The notes below the pieces were generated by a model that was not told the DNA's origin, ran no database searches, and saw nothing but the letters and a program-made list of their open reading frames with translations. From NCBI GenBank assembly GCA_951406725.2, contig OX597816.1, positions 145,514,001 to 145,578,000 of the forward strand: a stretch of DNA of 64,000 bases, written 5' to 3'. This DNA comes from Octopus vulgaris (lineage: Eukaryota). The translations under genes were made by a program, and so were the position numbers. Positions 39,965 to 52,775 of this stretch are shown piece after piece. Position 1 is the first letter of the stretch; each line of letters begins with the position of its first letter.

Positions 39965-40200
39965 TCACTGATGTCCTTAAAACGTTGAGATCAGGTTCGA
40001 ATTCTCATGTAATATATCTTGACTCCAGCAAGATTTTCGATAGAGTCGATCACAATACCTTCCTATTAAAATTGGTCACTATTGGAATCTGTGGTTAAAT
40101 GCAGTATTGAATTATTGCTTGGCGAACAGAGCACGAGTTGCGATCGGTGGAATTAAATCAAACCCGGCAAAAGTCAACAATGGTGTTCTCCAGGGGACTG
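39965..40200 (+). mobile_element. CR1-like reverse transcriptase fragment
   Basis: VIYLDSSKIFDRVDHNT.LLKL..IGI.G...VNNGVLQGT matches the D-F-x-K-A-F-D and GVPQG motifs. Confidence 0.75.
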
Positions 40201-40524
40201 GGGACACCATTGTTAAATTGAAGTTCTCGCCAGGGCTTTTCCCACAATCCCCTGATTTTCATTTCTTACATATGTGTATGAGTTTTCTCTGGTGATGCTT
40301 GTCTATATACATGCATAAATGTAAATGGTTTTCCCAAATAAATTACACTTCATGTTTGAAGCTATAGCGTGATACTCAAGCACTCAACCGTGAGTACAAG
40401 GAACCTAAAAGCAAAAAACAGCAGTCAGCTTGTAAGCTAATGAAGTTAATAACATAATTGTTTTTTCTTTGTCATCCCAATTACTTACACACACACACAC
40501 ACACACATACACAGAGCCAGAGGC

Positions 40525-40732
40525 CGGTTTTCTGGTTTCCGTGCCGCATATGTTCCCCACCTACCCTTGACGGGACACCGGTCCGTCCCTGGATTACTCT
40601 CTTTGCTAGCTGATTGGACTGAGGCAACGAGAAATTAAGTATTTTGTTCCAGAATATAACGTATCACCCGGTCCACGAATTGAAACCATAATATTACGAT
40701 CATGAGCCCAACACTTTAACCCCTAAGCCACA
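40525..40732 (-). mobile_element. SINE family C-related copy
   Basis: Reverse complement GTGGCTTAGGGGTTAAAGTGTTGGGCTCATGATCG...GGTTTCAATTCGTGGACCGG tRNA-like head. Confidence 0.65.
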
Positions 40733-41629
40733 ATATTTTGGTGAGATTGATTTATGGTGAGCATGTCTATATACTGAAGCGTTCTGTGTCAAATCATAAT
40801 CTTCAGTACACGTACAAGATTTCGATACATCGATATATTTATGACTATAGAGTTTGACTGAACACAATTCGCCGCATTGACTGAAGGAGGTACTGTAAGC
40901 AGTGCATGGACTTTAGTTAATAACTTAATTGCATCTACTTGAATATACTGAGTGTCATTCATTTGGATTGATTTAATATAATTCTTTAAACTAAGTATAC
41001 ATATAACTTTCTAAGTAAAGTGTTAATGAATTTGTTCTGAGTGCATTACATTTCTGTCTATGTCATTCTATGCAATTTCATCTCGGCAATGATTTATTTT
41101 ACTTTGGTAACAACTGATAAGCTGAATGTTTGATGCATTTATGTATAAGCTAACAAAATGTATAATTTTCATTGGATACCCTTTCAGGAGTCTAAATTTG
41201 TGACAGGGTGACGCGTATGAATTTTCTTCTTGGAGGATCGTAATCAAGTATGTTCACGCAGAAACGGAACAAGACGTAAAAGGAGAATTTGATTTCCTGT
41301 AGAAAAGAAAAAAAAAAACATAAAGAAAAACAACACATGAATATGAAGGGTAATATTTCGTGTCTTTCCTTGAAGATATTTCAGATGAAATGAGATGTAT
41401 CGAAACTAGAGTCTTCCTATGCAAATTTTATCTCCACAATCTTTCTACTCATATAAGGTGTGGAAATTCTGTCATGTTGGCGATTTGTTTTCTGGCAGTA
41501 GAAGAGCACAAATGCCCATAGAAGAAAATTAATTTGAAAATTTGTTGTTTCATATGTATATGTCAAATAATTGTCTTATCCACACGAGACAATGCAACCA
41601 AAAAGTTTAGTTCTGGAAATGAGGATGTA

Positions 41630-41740
41630 TTGGGTTGTCCGGAAAGTTCATGCCGATTTATAGTAGCTTACCTTTCCTCTTATTTTAGAACATGGTTGAG
41701 TTCATAAAATAGGATATTCAATCGTGTTATTTTTTAAAGA
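41630..41740. mobile_element. Mariner-like terminal fragment
   Basis: TA followed by TTGGGTTGTCCGGAAAGTTCATGCCGATTT, a mariner-type TIR start; no partner TIR found. Confidence 0.45.
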
Positions 41741-43099
41741 CTAAGGGTCTGATTGTTATTGCAAAAATAGTATTTCTCAATAAGCAGACCAATATTTTCT
41801 GGTTTAAGTACGAATTGAGAGGTTTCTACGATTTTACTTTGAGAAATATTGCCATCGATCAATAACAAATATGCAGAAAACAAATAAAAAAAATGCTTTT
41901 TTTCCCAAATATGAGGCATTGCTGTACAGCAAAAACGGTGGCTACCAAGAAAAAGTAAGGTCATTTTCAGCTAAAAGGATGTTTGGTGTCTCTACACCAT
42001 TTCAAAATAAAAAATTTTCTGGATCAGTGTGATTGGAATAATAAAAGAGAAAATGGAGCTTATAGAGACAAGAATACTGAAATATATAAAACGATAACTT
42101 GAAGATAAATGTTCTGACGCGGACATAAACAGCAAAAACACATTTTAAGTGATACATTTGGTTTACGCCGAGTAAGAATGTATATTTAAGGAGGCTATTT
42201 TACTATTAAAATAATTTATTCTAAAAATATAAGTAATATGGGTTTAGCAATAATACTAATGATTGATAAAAAGGGAACGAAGAATAATGTTTTATGCAGC
42301 ATCGATTATATTCTATCTCTATAGTGTACATGTATTCAGTTTATCGATCTTTAAAAGTAAAAATACTCAATCTTTTACGAGCGCGATATTATGGCTCAGA
42401 AAATAAAACGTTTTAAGAAATAATGCTGACCAATTTCACTGCTACTTTATACTCGTGTTTACGTCCACACGGAGTGAGACACATACACGCTGAAGGTACT
42501 GTTCAGAAGTGTATAATTAACAAAGCATAAACGATTCAAACGCAGGAGGAAATGAAAGAACAATCCTCACAAGGTCAAACTACGCCTGCCAAAATAAATG
42601 CCTTAATAGCGATACGCCACAATCGGCAATACGATCTGCTATACTGATAAATGATCAGTAAAATATTGATTAGTACTTAATTAAACTGCTTCGCAATAAA
42701 TATATACCCGACGATGCCAGCAGTTTTTCATCGAGATTATTACCTATATATAATCTTTTTTTCAATAGAGGAGTAATCAATGAGCAAAATTTTTGAAGAT
42801 TATGCAGACAGAATTAAGCTAAGTGAAAGCAGCATGGGAAACGTACAGTTTATCCTTTACGAAATTGCAGGATGCGAGAATGTACATATATATACGTACA
42901 TACATTTATGCATGCATACATACACATACATACACATAATTCTTACATGCATACATTCATACATACATACATGCACACACACAAACACAACACACATCTA
43001 TTTATGTTTCATACGTAATGTGAATGTGAATACATTGTTGAAAGGTAAATTCCCTGCGGTATTCCTCAAGAGATGACATCTCTTGTGTACGTGATGCAT

Positions 43100-44350
43100 T
43101 TAAGAACAATATATCAAAGGATTTGAAAATCCTCCCAGTGGTGGCTAGCGAAAACACCAGATGCATTAAGGCTTCGTTGAACCCTTCCAGTGGTGTGTGT
43201 CCCACAGCCCGCCTCTAGCTTAAACAAGATTATATAGCAAAATACTGTTAGTGCGAATATACGCCTGCCTCTACTGCCTCTATTGACTAAAACAGATGTT
43301 GAGCAGTGAACACCAACTATGTCTACCAAAATAGAATTACTCTTCCTGCTGGTAGAAAAAGTTATAGAAGTATCAATCAAGTAAAGATATCTGAGTCTAG
43401 AAGTATAATTTTACTTGGAAGGAAAGGAACAATAAATGTGTTATCAACATAATTATCGAAAATATGTTTCCATACAAAATGATATTTTACAGTAAGCAGG
43501 GCTATCCTTCCAGATACTTCTGTGTGTAATATTTGCAATGGATTTGGACAAGCAGAATATTATGAATTAGGGTTTGATAAATGCGTGGCACAACTTGTCA
43601 ATACCCAATGTATTTGCATCTGGAGGTTTCAAATGAATCGACAAGAAATGTGGGACAACTCTAGCATCAACCATGCAGTTACAGTCTTTCTATTTAAGAA
43701 TTTCAGACAACCGATAACTTTAGTTGAAAATTTGAATTTATACGACAAAGAAGCAGATAACTGCAGACGAGAAGCCTAGTTTGCAATAGAATTACTACAA
43801 TTGTAATCACTGGTCTGGTAGGCGTAAACACTGCAATTGAAGATGCCAAATTACGAAAATGATTATGAAACAAACTTCAGCTCATTTCGAGGAATGGTGC
43901 TGAATTTATATACTTTCCTCTTACAGAAATATAGAAATCATAATGGTTTACGAAAGACGCCATTGAATCGCGTATATCTTGATACAACACGTTAATTACA
44001 AGAACAATCCACATGGTGCATGTCACTTCATACTGCAGGTGGCGTTAATAATGCTAACAACTACGTCACAGATTCCTTCTGTTCTCTTAGGATCATAAAT
44101 TTTGCTCAACACAATCTGCAAGTGATTGTAGGAAAGTCATTATGTTGCTAAGGCATTTGGGTGTATCAAAAATCTGTAACGATAAAAGACTAACTAATGG
44201 TAGCCTCATGTGTGATGAAAGTCTTTATTATTATTGGTTATACCAGATGAAAAGATATTTCTTATTTCACAAGCTCTACTCATCTTAGCGAGGGTTCTGT
44301 TTCAGTTCATAAACTTTGTTTCCTCTCACACTGTCTTTGTCTAAAACATC
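43100..44350 (+). pseudogene. Very degraded transposase relic, possibly Academ
   Basis: GFGQAEYY (resembles TFDQxxY) followed in another frame by GGF (resembles LGGFH) and WDNSSI; heavily interrupted. Confidence 0.3.
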
Positions 44351-44822
44351 CAGATTTCAAGTAACGGATTTGAAGCTTACTCTGTGTCGCATAGTAAAAT
44401 GTTGGCTGAGATAGACATGGTTTTATTAGAGTACCAACCACAGAAAAAGAACTTTGACCACTTCATATCCCTTGATGACTAAAACACATTTGTATGGGAG
44501 TATTTCATATTTACTTGATAATTAGAAGTAAACAAAATTTACTTCGAGATACAATTTTCTAAGGCACCAAAGACAAACAAATAACTTCAAAAAACACCGA
44601 CAATCAAGAATTTCACTCATAATTTTTAAAAAAACATTAAAAAACAAAACAATCAGTTTTAAAGATATTTTCAATTCAAATAAAAGTAGGTTTGCATATA
44701 AAATTACATACACAAACCATACTGTTTGTTATAACTTTTAATTCTAAAAACGCATGTTTCAGCATTTTTGTCATACAAGCAACGACGCGACTAATTATTA
44801 CTTCAGCGTGTGCATGGATGTA

Positions 44823-44903
<81 letters not shown>

Positions 44904-45040
44904 GCTATCAGGCGGCTTTTAAGATCTACAAACAGACCTTTGACTTGTGTTGGAGAATTTGTTGAAATTGCTTCCTTCAGAGTCATATCCTAATGATGAT
45001 CATATTCGTCGCAAATGAAAAATAAATCATGGAAAAATAT

Positions 45041-45300
45041 CGCCGAAAACAACCGCAGTAATGAAAACATAGGAACGAAAAATTTCAGGATTGCAGATCC
45101 GGATTCGGCCCGGAATGTTGTTTATTTACTAACAGTGTTGGCCTTTAGATAAAAAAAAATTGTCATCGTAGAAAACATTTGTCACAAAAAGTCAAGTAAA
45201 AGAATTGCCGAAAACAATCACAGTAATGAAAATTTGGGAATCCAAAATTTCCGGATTGTGGGTCCAGATTCAGCCTGAAATGTTTTTAATTTACTCAGGG
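45041..45300. repeat. Two diverged direct copies of a ~90-bp unit, about 165 bp apart
   Basis: GCCGAAAACAA.C.CAGTAATGAAAA...AAAATTTC.GGATTG..G.TCC.GATTC.GCC.G.AATGTT at 45042 and 45207. Confidence 0.8.
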
Positions 45301-45398
45301 AGTCAGCCTGATTCCAAAATGGTATGACACGTTGGTATGATACGGCCTCTGGGAGTAAATGTGGAAAAGTGTGACACACTGAAACACTGGCATTCTTA

Positions 45399-45793
45399 TC
45401 TTTATATATAAAAGTGAGGTTGTGTGCTGTTTGTCTCCTACGATTTAGATTCCTAACTACTCCCACATTTTGCGGTGCAGTTTAACCAAAACCGGGTATC
45501 TTATAGTCGTGATTCATATCGAGCCCTTCTGGGTATTAGCGCGCGTCTACGATGAGTCTACGATTAAAAAAAAATTTACCATCAATTTTTCCCATTTTTA
45601 ATGCATTTTTGGCATATATAAGGGAAGTAATTCTCTAAAAATTTATTATTAAATCTCAGAACGTAAAAAGCTACAGTAACACCTCCCCTTTGTGGTTAGC
45701 CATATTGAGATGGCTATTATACTTTACATCTCTAAATTTGCTTATATAGTTATTTCCCTTACAAACCGGAGCAACGCCGGGCGATACTGCTAG
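45399..45793 (+). mobile_element. Non-autonomous Helitron
   Basis: 5' TC, subterminal hairpin CCGG.GCAACGCCGG, 3' CTAG; inserted between A and T with no TSD. Confidence 0.85.
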
Positions 45794-45818
45794 TTTATTA
45801 CAATATACTATTATATTA

Positions 45819-45962
45819 AGGCGGCGAGCTGGCAGAATCATTAGCACGCCAGGCGAAAATGCTTAGCGGTATTTCTTCCGCCGTTATCTTTTGAGTTCGA
45901 ATTCCGCCGAAGCCGACTTTGCCTTTCCTCCTTTAGGGGTCGATAAAATTAGTACCAGTTAC
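45819..45962 (+). mobile_element. SINE family B (head and core)
   Basis: GGCGGCGAGCTGGCAGAATC...GAGTTCGAATTCCGCCG...GGTCGATAAAATTAGTACCAG. Confidence 0.9.
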
Positions 45963-46021
45963 ATTCACATTTATTATATCAGATATGTTTAATTTTGGGG
46001 AACTTTATTTCAATTAAAGTG

Positions 46022-46079
<58 letters not shown>

Positions 46080-46952
46080 ATTAAAGAAAGCCAAAAATAA
46101 AACAAAAATGATAGTCTTCAGTATGATCTCTCTCTTTCTTTTTTTTTCTCTCTCTCTCTGTCTTCGCAACCGCCGTCTCCGTCTCTATGCCTACTATTAC
46201 TCTCACCCCAGCACGAGGAAGAGTAGAAGTGTTATTAAATAGTGAGAGGGGAAGTCAAAGTGTGACACACTGACACACAAAAATTAGGTTACGCATTTAT
46301 TATATTAGATGTACTTAAAGTATATAAACACAGAGATACGCAAATGGCGAGAGAGCGAGTGTGTGAGTGTAAAAAAGAGAGAGAGAGATGAGGATAGAGT
46401 GAGAGAGACAGAAGAATGAGAAAACAAAGTGAAGGTGATATATGGTTCATCAACTTCGCACTAACTGTGTAGAGAGTCGTTTTCCCTAACACCATGTAAA
46501 TTGCAACCATGTAATTTGCAGCTTAACTTCTCTGACAACTAATAAGCAGAGGCAAACGACAATTCTCCTACATCACCTTTGTCGACAGAAACGACTTGTA
46601 ATGTCAATGAAATAATGAAAGAAAGAAATGCGATACTGATTACATTTTCGACCTGAAATGAAAACAAAAAAGTTCATACTATTCTTTTCCAACCACTTCA
46701 TTTAACAATCGCTTTTATTTTGTATTTGATGAAAATATCGTGCCATAATTTGAAAACAAATTGAAAGTTTCCCATTGCAGATATTTGATAACAGCTAATT
46801 AACGAGAACAACAAAAATAACAATAACAAGAACAAGAACGATACAAGTAATGATGATGGTGATGATGATGATGATCATGATGATAATAATAATAATTATT
46901 ATTGTTGTTGTTGTTTTTGTTGTTGTTAGTTATATTATTATTGTTATTATTA

Positions 46953-47267
46953 TCTCTTTATCACAGGTTTTCTTCGAGCTCCTGGAGTCCTGAATGCCTA
47001 GCGGACTTACTACCTGCAGCCTACGGTACCATGCTATTCGCTCTTTTCAAGTATCTAATACTTTCCTAGTTATTGTGACAGTGTCCAAGGAGGCAAACCT
47101 TTTCTAACAGTTCTACTGGACACTCTATTCCGATTTCCTGTATATTCCTCTTGATGCCTTCTAATACTGTTCCTAAGGACCCAACAATAATTGTCACTGT
47201 CTTCACCTTCTTCATTTTCCATAGCCGGGTTATTTCATACTTAAGAGGGTTCTATCTATCTACCTAC

Positions 47268-47359
<92 letters not shown>

Positions 47360-47710
47360 TTATCTATATTTTTGCCATCCTTCTTGAATATTCGTGGATC
47401 GAAGGGGCATGTAATGCCAACTATATAGCATATATGATGCACCTTCTCCAGTGACTGACCACTAGGTAAGGTCGGTTATGCTCTAGCACCTGATCTGTTT
47501 GGATTGGGAAATTTCAGAGGATTTTGCTACTCTGTGACTCTGCCACACTCTGCAGTTTGTGCTCATACCACGTCTTGCCTTTCTCTAGCCCCCACTTTTC
47601 GCACCGTTTCCAATGTAGCACTTTCGATACCCAGGTCGTGTCACAACAACCTGTAGTGGTTTTGGGCACGTCTAGAGCATTCGTTCGTGATATGGAGAAT
47701 GGTTTCATCC
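46953..47710 (-). mobile_element. R4/Dong-like 3' fragment (CCHC-RLE), interrupted by (TATC)n at 47253-47365
   Basis: KVLHWKRCEKWGL..KTWYEHK..KIL; RLWKMKKVKTVTIIVGSLGTV...ITRKVLDT*; 3' end abuts (TAA)n on the element strand. Confidence 0.8.
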
Positions 47711-47749
47711 ACTATATTGCAGATGGATCCCAGTAGAGGCACTTCCAGA

Positions 47750-47925
47750 TATTATTATTATACTTGAAATACTTGGTATACTTGGCGCAATGCCCAAAAT
47801 GCTGCCTAAAAGGTTGAAAGATATTGGAAATGAAACTCGCATTGTTGACCTGCAGAAAAGTACCATCCTATATTCAGCAAGAAACTTAAGTTTCTTGAGA
47901 TCTGAGGAGAAGTACTCACTCAACA
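47750..47925 (+). mobile_element. R4-like extreme 3' fragment
   Basis: ILGAMPKMLPKRLKDIG.ETRIVDLQKSTILYSARNL. Confidence 0.7.
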
Positions 47926-48070
47926 GATACTTATTTTATCAACACCGAGAGGATGAAAGGTAAAGTAGACTACAGCGAAATTTGAACTCGGAACCTAAAG
48001 AACGACGAACCAAACCCTAACTCTAACCCTGATACTAGGCATTTTCTCTGGCATGCTAATGATTTTGCTG
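47926..48070 (-). mobile_element. SINE family B, diverged
   Basis: GGATGAAAGGTAAAGTAGAC..AGCGAAATTTGAACTC. Confidence 0.7.
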
Positions 48071-49323
48071 TGAGTGAGAGCAAGCTCACGGCGTTACTCA
48101 AACTCAGACCATAAATGATATAACTTAATGCCGTGATTTATTTTCCTAGACAGCATACAAATTCTACTAGCTCTTCGCATGAATTATAAGGATGATTTCA
48201 TGGCTACACTACACAGTATAGACATGGTGAATCAGCAGCAATGTATAACCATTGCAGTTTTCTCCACTGAATCGTAATTAGTGAAACACTAACGCAAATG
48301 ATAATTGCTGCGCTGTACCTACATAAAGATATACAAACAGAAACAATGCTTTCTAAACAGAACAAATGCTAAGAATATGCCCGGAAACGGTGTAAGCTTT
48401 GTCCTTAGAGTTCTACAACATAAAGATGAAGTATACGTTTTATGTCATTGGTTCTTCATGCATTTCTTCCAATGCAGTTACATTTAGTATCGCATAGTAT
48501 CTTTGATTAGACTACGATAGATAGAAGAAAGTAATGTCTATATAGGAGGAGTTTATATGATGTAAACGTAAATACAACAAAACCACTAATGGTGCATCAT
48601 TAGCTATTCCTTAAGAAAGTTGTGCTACGTAAACATCAATATTATATTTCCATGAACTTTACAAGTAGGCCACGAACTACTTCAAATACCAGTTTATCAC
48701 TTGCTGGAGAAAATATATGTTAGTGTATTCTTATCGTGTACTTAAAGAAAAAATATTAAAATTACAACTAGAATACATGACTATAGGACAAATATCGATT
48801 AATCATCTTAGGAAATGAGGAAATTCATCATAAAATACAAATAACACAATAAATTAGCATACCTTCTCCATATACATTGTATCACGATCAACCTAACAAA
48901 ACGGAATTAAAAGATAACAGAAAATAACTCGGTTAAACGACATAATTATACACAAAACTGCGACTGTGAAAGTTAGGAAAACAATATAATCAATTTGATG
49001 TGGTAAAAATGACCAGCATTTGCCTATATGGATTCTATCAAAAGTATCTTTAATGCAAAACTATTCACTTCAGTTCCAAAACAAACACATGCACAGTTAT
49101 ACACAGATGTGTGCGTAAACGCACGCGCATACACGCACATACACACACACATGCACGCATACACACATACACGCACACATACAGACACACTTGGAAAACT
49201 TATTTTTGATATCATAGTTTCAAAGAAACAATGAAAGAACTCAATAAAATGCGAAAGAAATACTATTACATTATCATTGTTACAAAATGTATTGTGTCGT
49301 AATTCATAAATATATTAAGTGCC

Positions 49324-49378
49324 TGTACGTGTTCTGGCCCCTTGTACGTGTTCTGGCCCCTTGTACGTGTTCTGGCCC
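49324..49378. repeat. 19-bp minisatellite, 2.9 perfect copies
   Basis: TGTACGTGTTCTGGCCCCT repeated at 49324, 49343 and 49362. Confidence 0.95.
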
Positions 49379-50019
49379 AGTATCTCTGAGCCTGCCGTGT
49401 GTAACTATCACCATCAAGGGCTTCTGTTTGAATACCACTGTTATTCACAATAATTTCATTTTTCATAATCATTTATATGAGTGCCCTAGGTATAAAAAAA
49501 GAACGTCAGAAACGTGAAGATTATATCCCAGGAGAACCATGTCTAAGAGAAATCTAAAAGATTCTGCAGAAAAGTACTGACCACGTCCTTAGAAAAACAC
49601 TTTCAGTTCAATTTTAATAATAATAATAAATACGCTGATGCCGTATCAAGGAGTGGATCGCATGGTTTATGATCTTAACTGATTGCAAGTGTTATCATGT
49701 ACGTGATTCCTCTTGGTAGTATAGATGGGCTACATCAAATATTCTGCTCAATAACACAGATTTGCTTGTCAGTAGTTTGACCTCAACCAGTTCAACGTGC
49801 TCTTTGGTGGCTGACGATATATGCACTTCTGATCACGAGCAGAAGTAGTTGGGCAGCATCATAGCCATGTGTGGAGATGCATTCTTTGAGGCTTGGACTA
49901 TTCAACTTTGGAATCGTGTTTCGTTCAAAATCCTTATACAAACTTCATTCTGGGATCTTTTGAACGGAATGGGCTACTTACCCTGAGAAAAATTCTATCT
50001 TGTCCCTGTAATAATAATA

Positions 50020-50230
50020 ATTTTTTCTGCTGGAAGGACAAGTCCTCACATTGGAGTGAATGGATTAAGTCGATTACATCGACTTCAGTGCGTAACTGGT
50101 AGTTAGTTAATCAACTCCGAAAGGATGAAAGACAAATTTGACCCCGGCGGAATTTGAACTCAGAACGTAGCGGCAGATGAAATACCAGTAAACATTTCGC
50201 ATGGTAACGATTCTATCAGATCGCCGCCTT
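50020..50230 (-). mobile_element. SINE family B
   Basis: TAAGTCGATTACATCGAC..CAGTGCGTAACTGGT...GGCGGAATTTGAACTCAGAACGTAGCGG...CGCCGCCTT. Confidence 0.85.
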
Positions 50231-50249
50231 GTGTATAATAGTAATAACG

Positions 50250-52225
50250 TGAAAGATTAGTCTCTGATGCTGATGAAATTCGACTTTTCTTGGGTAAGAT
50301 ATGGAGTTAGAAAGGTCAACATAATACTACAGCTAGCCTGAGTAAACAACATTTTATTCCTAGCAAGAGATAATCCACTTTACAGAAGACACTATCAGAA
50401 ATATGAGTAAAATGATAAGGAATTGGAAAGCAGCTGGACCTGAATGTGTACAGGGATTTTCGATAAAATAGTTAAGAAATTGCTATAAATTGATCGTAGG
50501 GAAATTTAATATATTGTTCAATGGAGAAGAAGAAATCCCGAGCTGTTTGACGAAAGAACGAACGGGGTCGTGGCTAAATGATGCGTCAAATGGAAATGCT
50601 GTTGACAATTACAGACCAATTTCTTGCCTCCCATTAATGTGGAAGCTACAATCAGGAGGAATCGCTGAAGAACTGTACATATTTATTGATGAGAACGTTA
50701 TATTACCGACGGAAAAAAAGGCTGTAGAAGGAGAGGCAGGGTTACCAAACATCAAGTTTTGATACACAAAATGGTAATGCAAGATTGTAAACAAAGGAGA
50801 ACAAATCTGGGAATACCCTGGAGTGACTATCGCAAAACTTACTATATGATTCTACATTCGTGGATTATCGAGTGTTTAGAAATGTTTGGAATTGCAAGAA
50901 ATATAGCATGATTCTTGAAGAGAAGTATGGTGGGATGGAAAACTGAACTGACATCTTACGGAAAAAGGCTGGGGAAGCTGGGTATAAGTGAGTTCCTTGG
51001 TTGAAAATGGTGCATTGTTTTATTAGTGATATTTGAAAGGAATTTGGACTCAAGAATTGCGGAATAGAGACTTGATTAAACAATTTGAAAGTGATGGCTA
51101 CAAATATCTTGGCATGTTAGAGTTTAACAAACATATGGAGAAAGAAATGATGGAGTATTTTCGAAGACCAAGGTTGGTATTGCGCTCATAATTAACAGAA
51201 TGGAATAAATTCTAAGCTGTTAATACATGGGCGATAGCATCACTTTGGTAAGGAGCGGGAATTATGAAATGGCAAAAAAGAGATGTGATGACAATGGATG
51301 CTAAGGCCAGAAATGACAAGAGAATGTTAACAGTACCCGGAGTCTTTCACCCTTAGAGTGACACTGATAGGTTGTACTACGGCCAGTCAAAAAATGTACG
51401 GTCAGAAAAAACTATATACGTTAAAGACAGATAGAGATGACTGCTGGTTATGGATGAAGAGGAGTGACCTGAAGATAGAGACAGAAGCACTCATATGCGC
51501 AGCTCAAGAAGAAGAATTAAGGACCAACTATGTGAAGTGCAGAAAACACGACACTACTGACAGAGACAAATGCAGAATGTGTGGTGAGAGTGAGAAACGT
51601 TATGGCACATCGTTAGCGAGTGCCCTAAATTGGCACAACACAAATATAAAAGACATAATGACAATATGGTAAGAATGATTCATTGGGAGGTTTGTGGATA
51701 TCACAGCCTACATAGAGCAAAATACGGTATGAAAACACTCCAGTATTAATCACCGAGGGTGAGAATTGCAAAATCTTGTGGGATACAATGATTTAGTGCG
51801 ATCACCTGACCAGACATAAAAACCCGCTCATTGTTGTGGTGAATAAGAAAGAGAGAACATACATGATAATCGACATAGCATGCTCCTGTGACAACAGGAT
51901 CAATGTGAAAGAAGAAAAATAAATAACTATGAAGATTTGAAGTGAGAAATACGAAGACTGTGGCCAATCAGGAGAGTAAACGCGATAACAATAGTAATTA
52001 GTGCACTTAGAAGTATCAGCATTCAACTATCAACATGCCTGAAAAAGAATGGTGCAAATGTGAAGATAGAACACCTACAAAAATCAGCATTCCTAAGAAC
52101 TGCAAAAATTTTTCGCAGAGTTCTCGAAGCATGACCAGTAAGCAAGTGTCACCACAGTCTGCTGGCTGTGGACAGCTGACACTTTCCATCATACCCAGCA
52201 AAATAAGCTGTGAGTTTTCATCCCA
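50250..52225 (+). mobile_element. R4/Dong-like non-LTR retrotransposon, RT to 3' UTR (pseudogenised)
   Basis: NWKAAGPE, NYRPISCLPLMWKL, YKYLG, WLWMKRSDLKIETEALICAAQEEELRTN, KCRMCG, IIDIAC, ARIFRRVL-like end; followed by (GAT)n(AAT)n. Confidence 0.88.
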
Positions 52226-52319
52226 TGATGTTGATGACGATGATGATCATGATGATGATGGTAATAATAATAAAAATAATAATAATAATGATAATAATAA
52301 TAATAATAATAATAATAAA

Positions 52320-52775
52320 GACCAATAAAAACGAGGGCACTGTACTGGCAGTGAAGGACCAATCTCTAGCCACAAATAGGATGGTCAACCTTAAGAATGA
52401 GCAAGTGTCTACACTGTGCTGCATCTGTAACAGAATGGACAAAAGCATTGTTCATATCGCGAAAAAGATGCTCTAGACTTGCCGCAAACCATTACAAATT
52501 GTGGCAACACGATAAGTTAGCGAAGTGCTACAATAGAAACTGTACGAAAAGTGGGGCCGAGGGAGATGCATGAAGTATGAGCACAACGCACAGAGAGTGG
52601 TGGAGTTGGAGACTAGCAAACTCCTGTGGGATTTCCCAATCCAAACAGATTAAATGCTAGGGCATAACAAACCGGACATAGGGGTGGTGGATAAAATACA
52701 CTTAATGTGCTCTATAGTCGATACTGAATGTCTTTTTGATCCACAAATAGTGAAGAAGGAACGCAAAAAATAGAT
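52320..52775 (+). mobile_element. Second R4/Dong-like CCHC-RLE fragment directly after (AAT)n
   Basis: NEGTVLAVKDQSLATN..CCICNRMDKSIVHI; HDKLA; KLLWDFPIQTD..LGHNKPDIGVVDK. Confidence 0.8.

Noticed and set aside
49324-49378. CRISPR-like repeat
   Set aside because: The repeats are contiguous with no spacers, the context is eukaryotic, and there are no cas genes.
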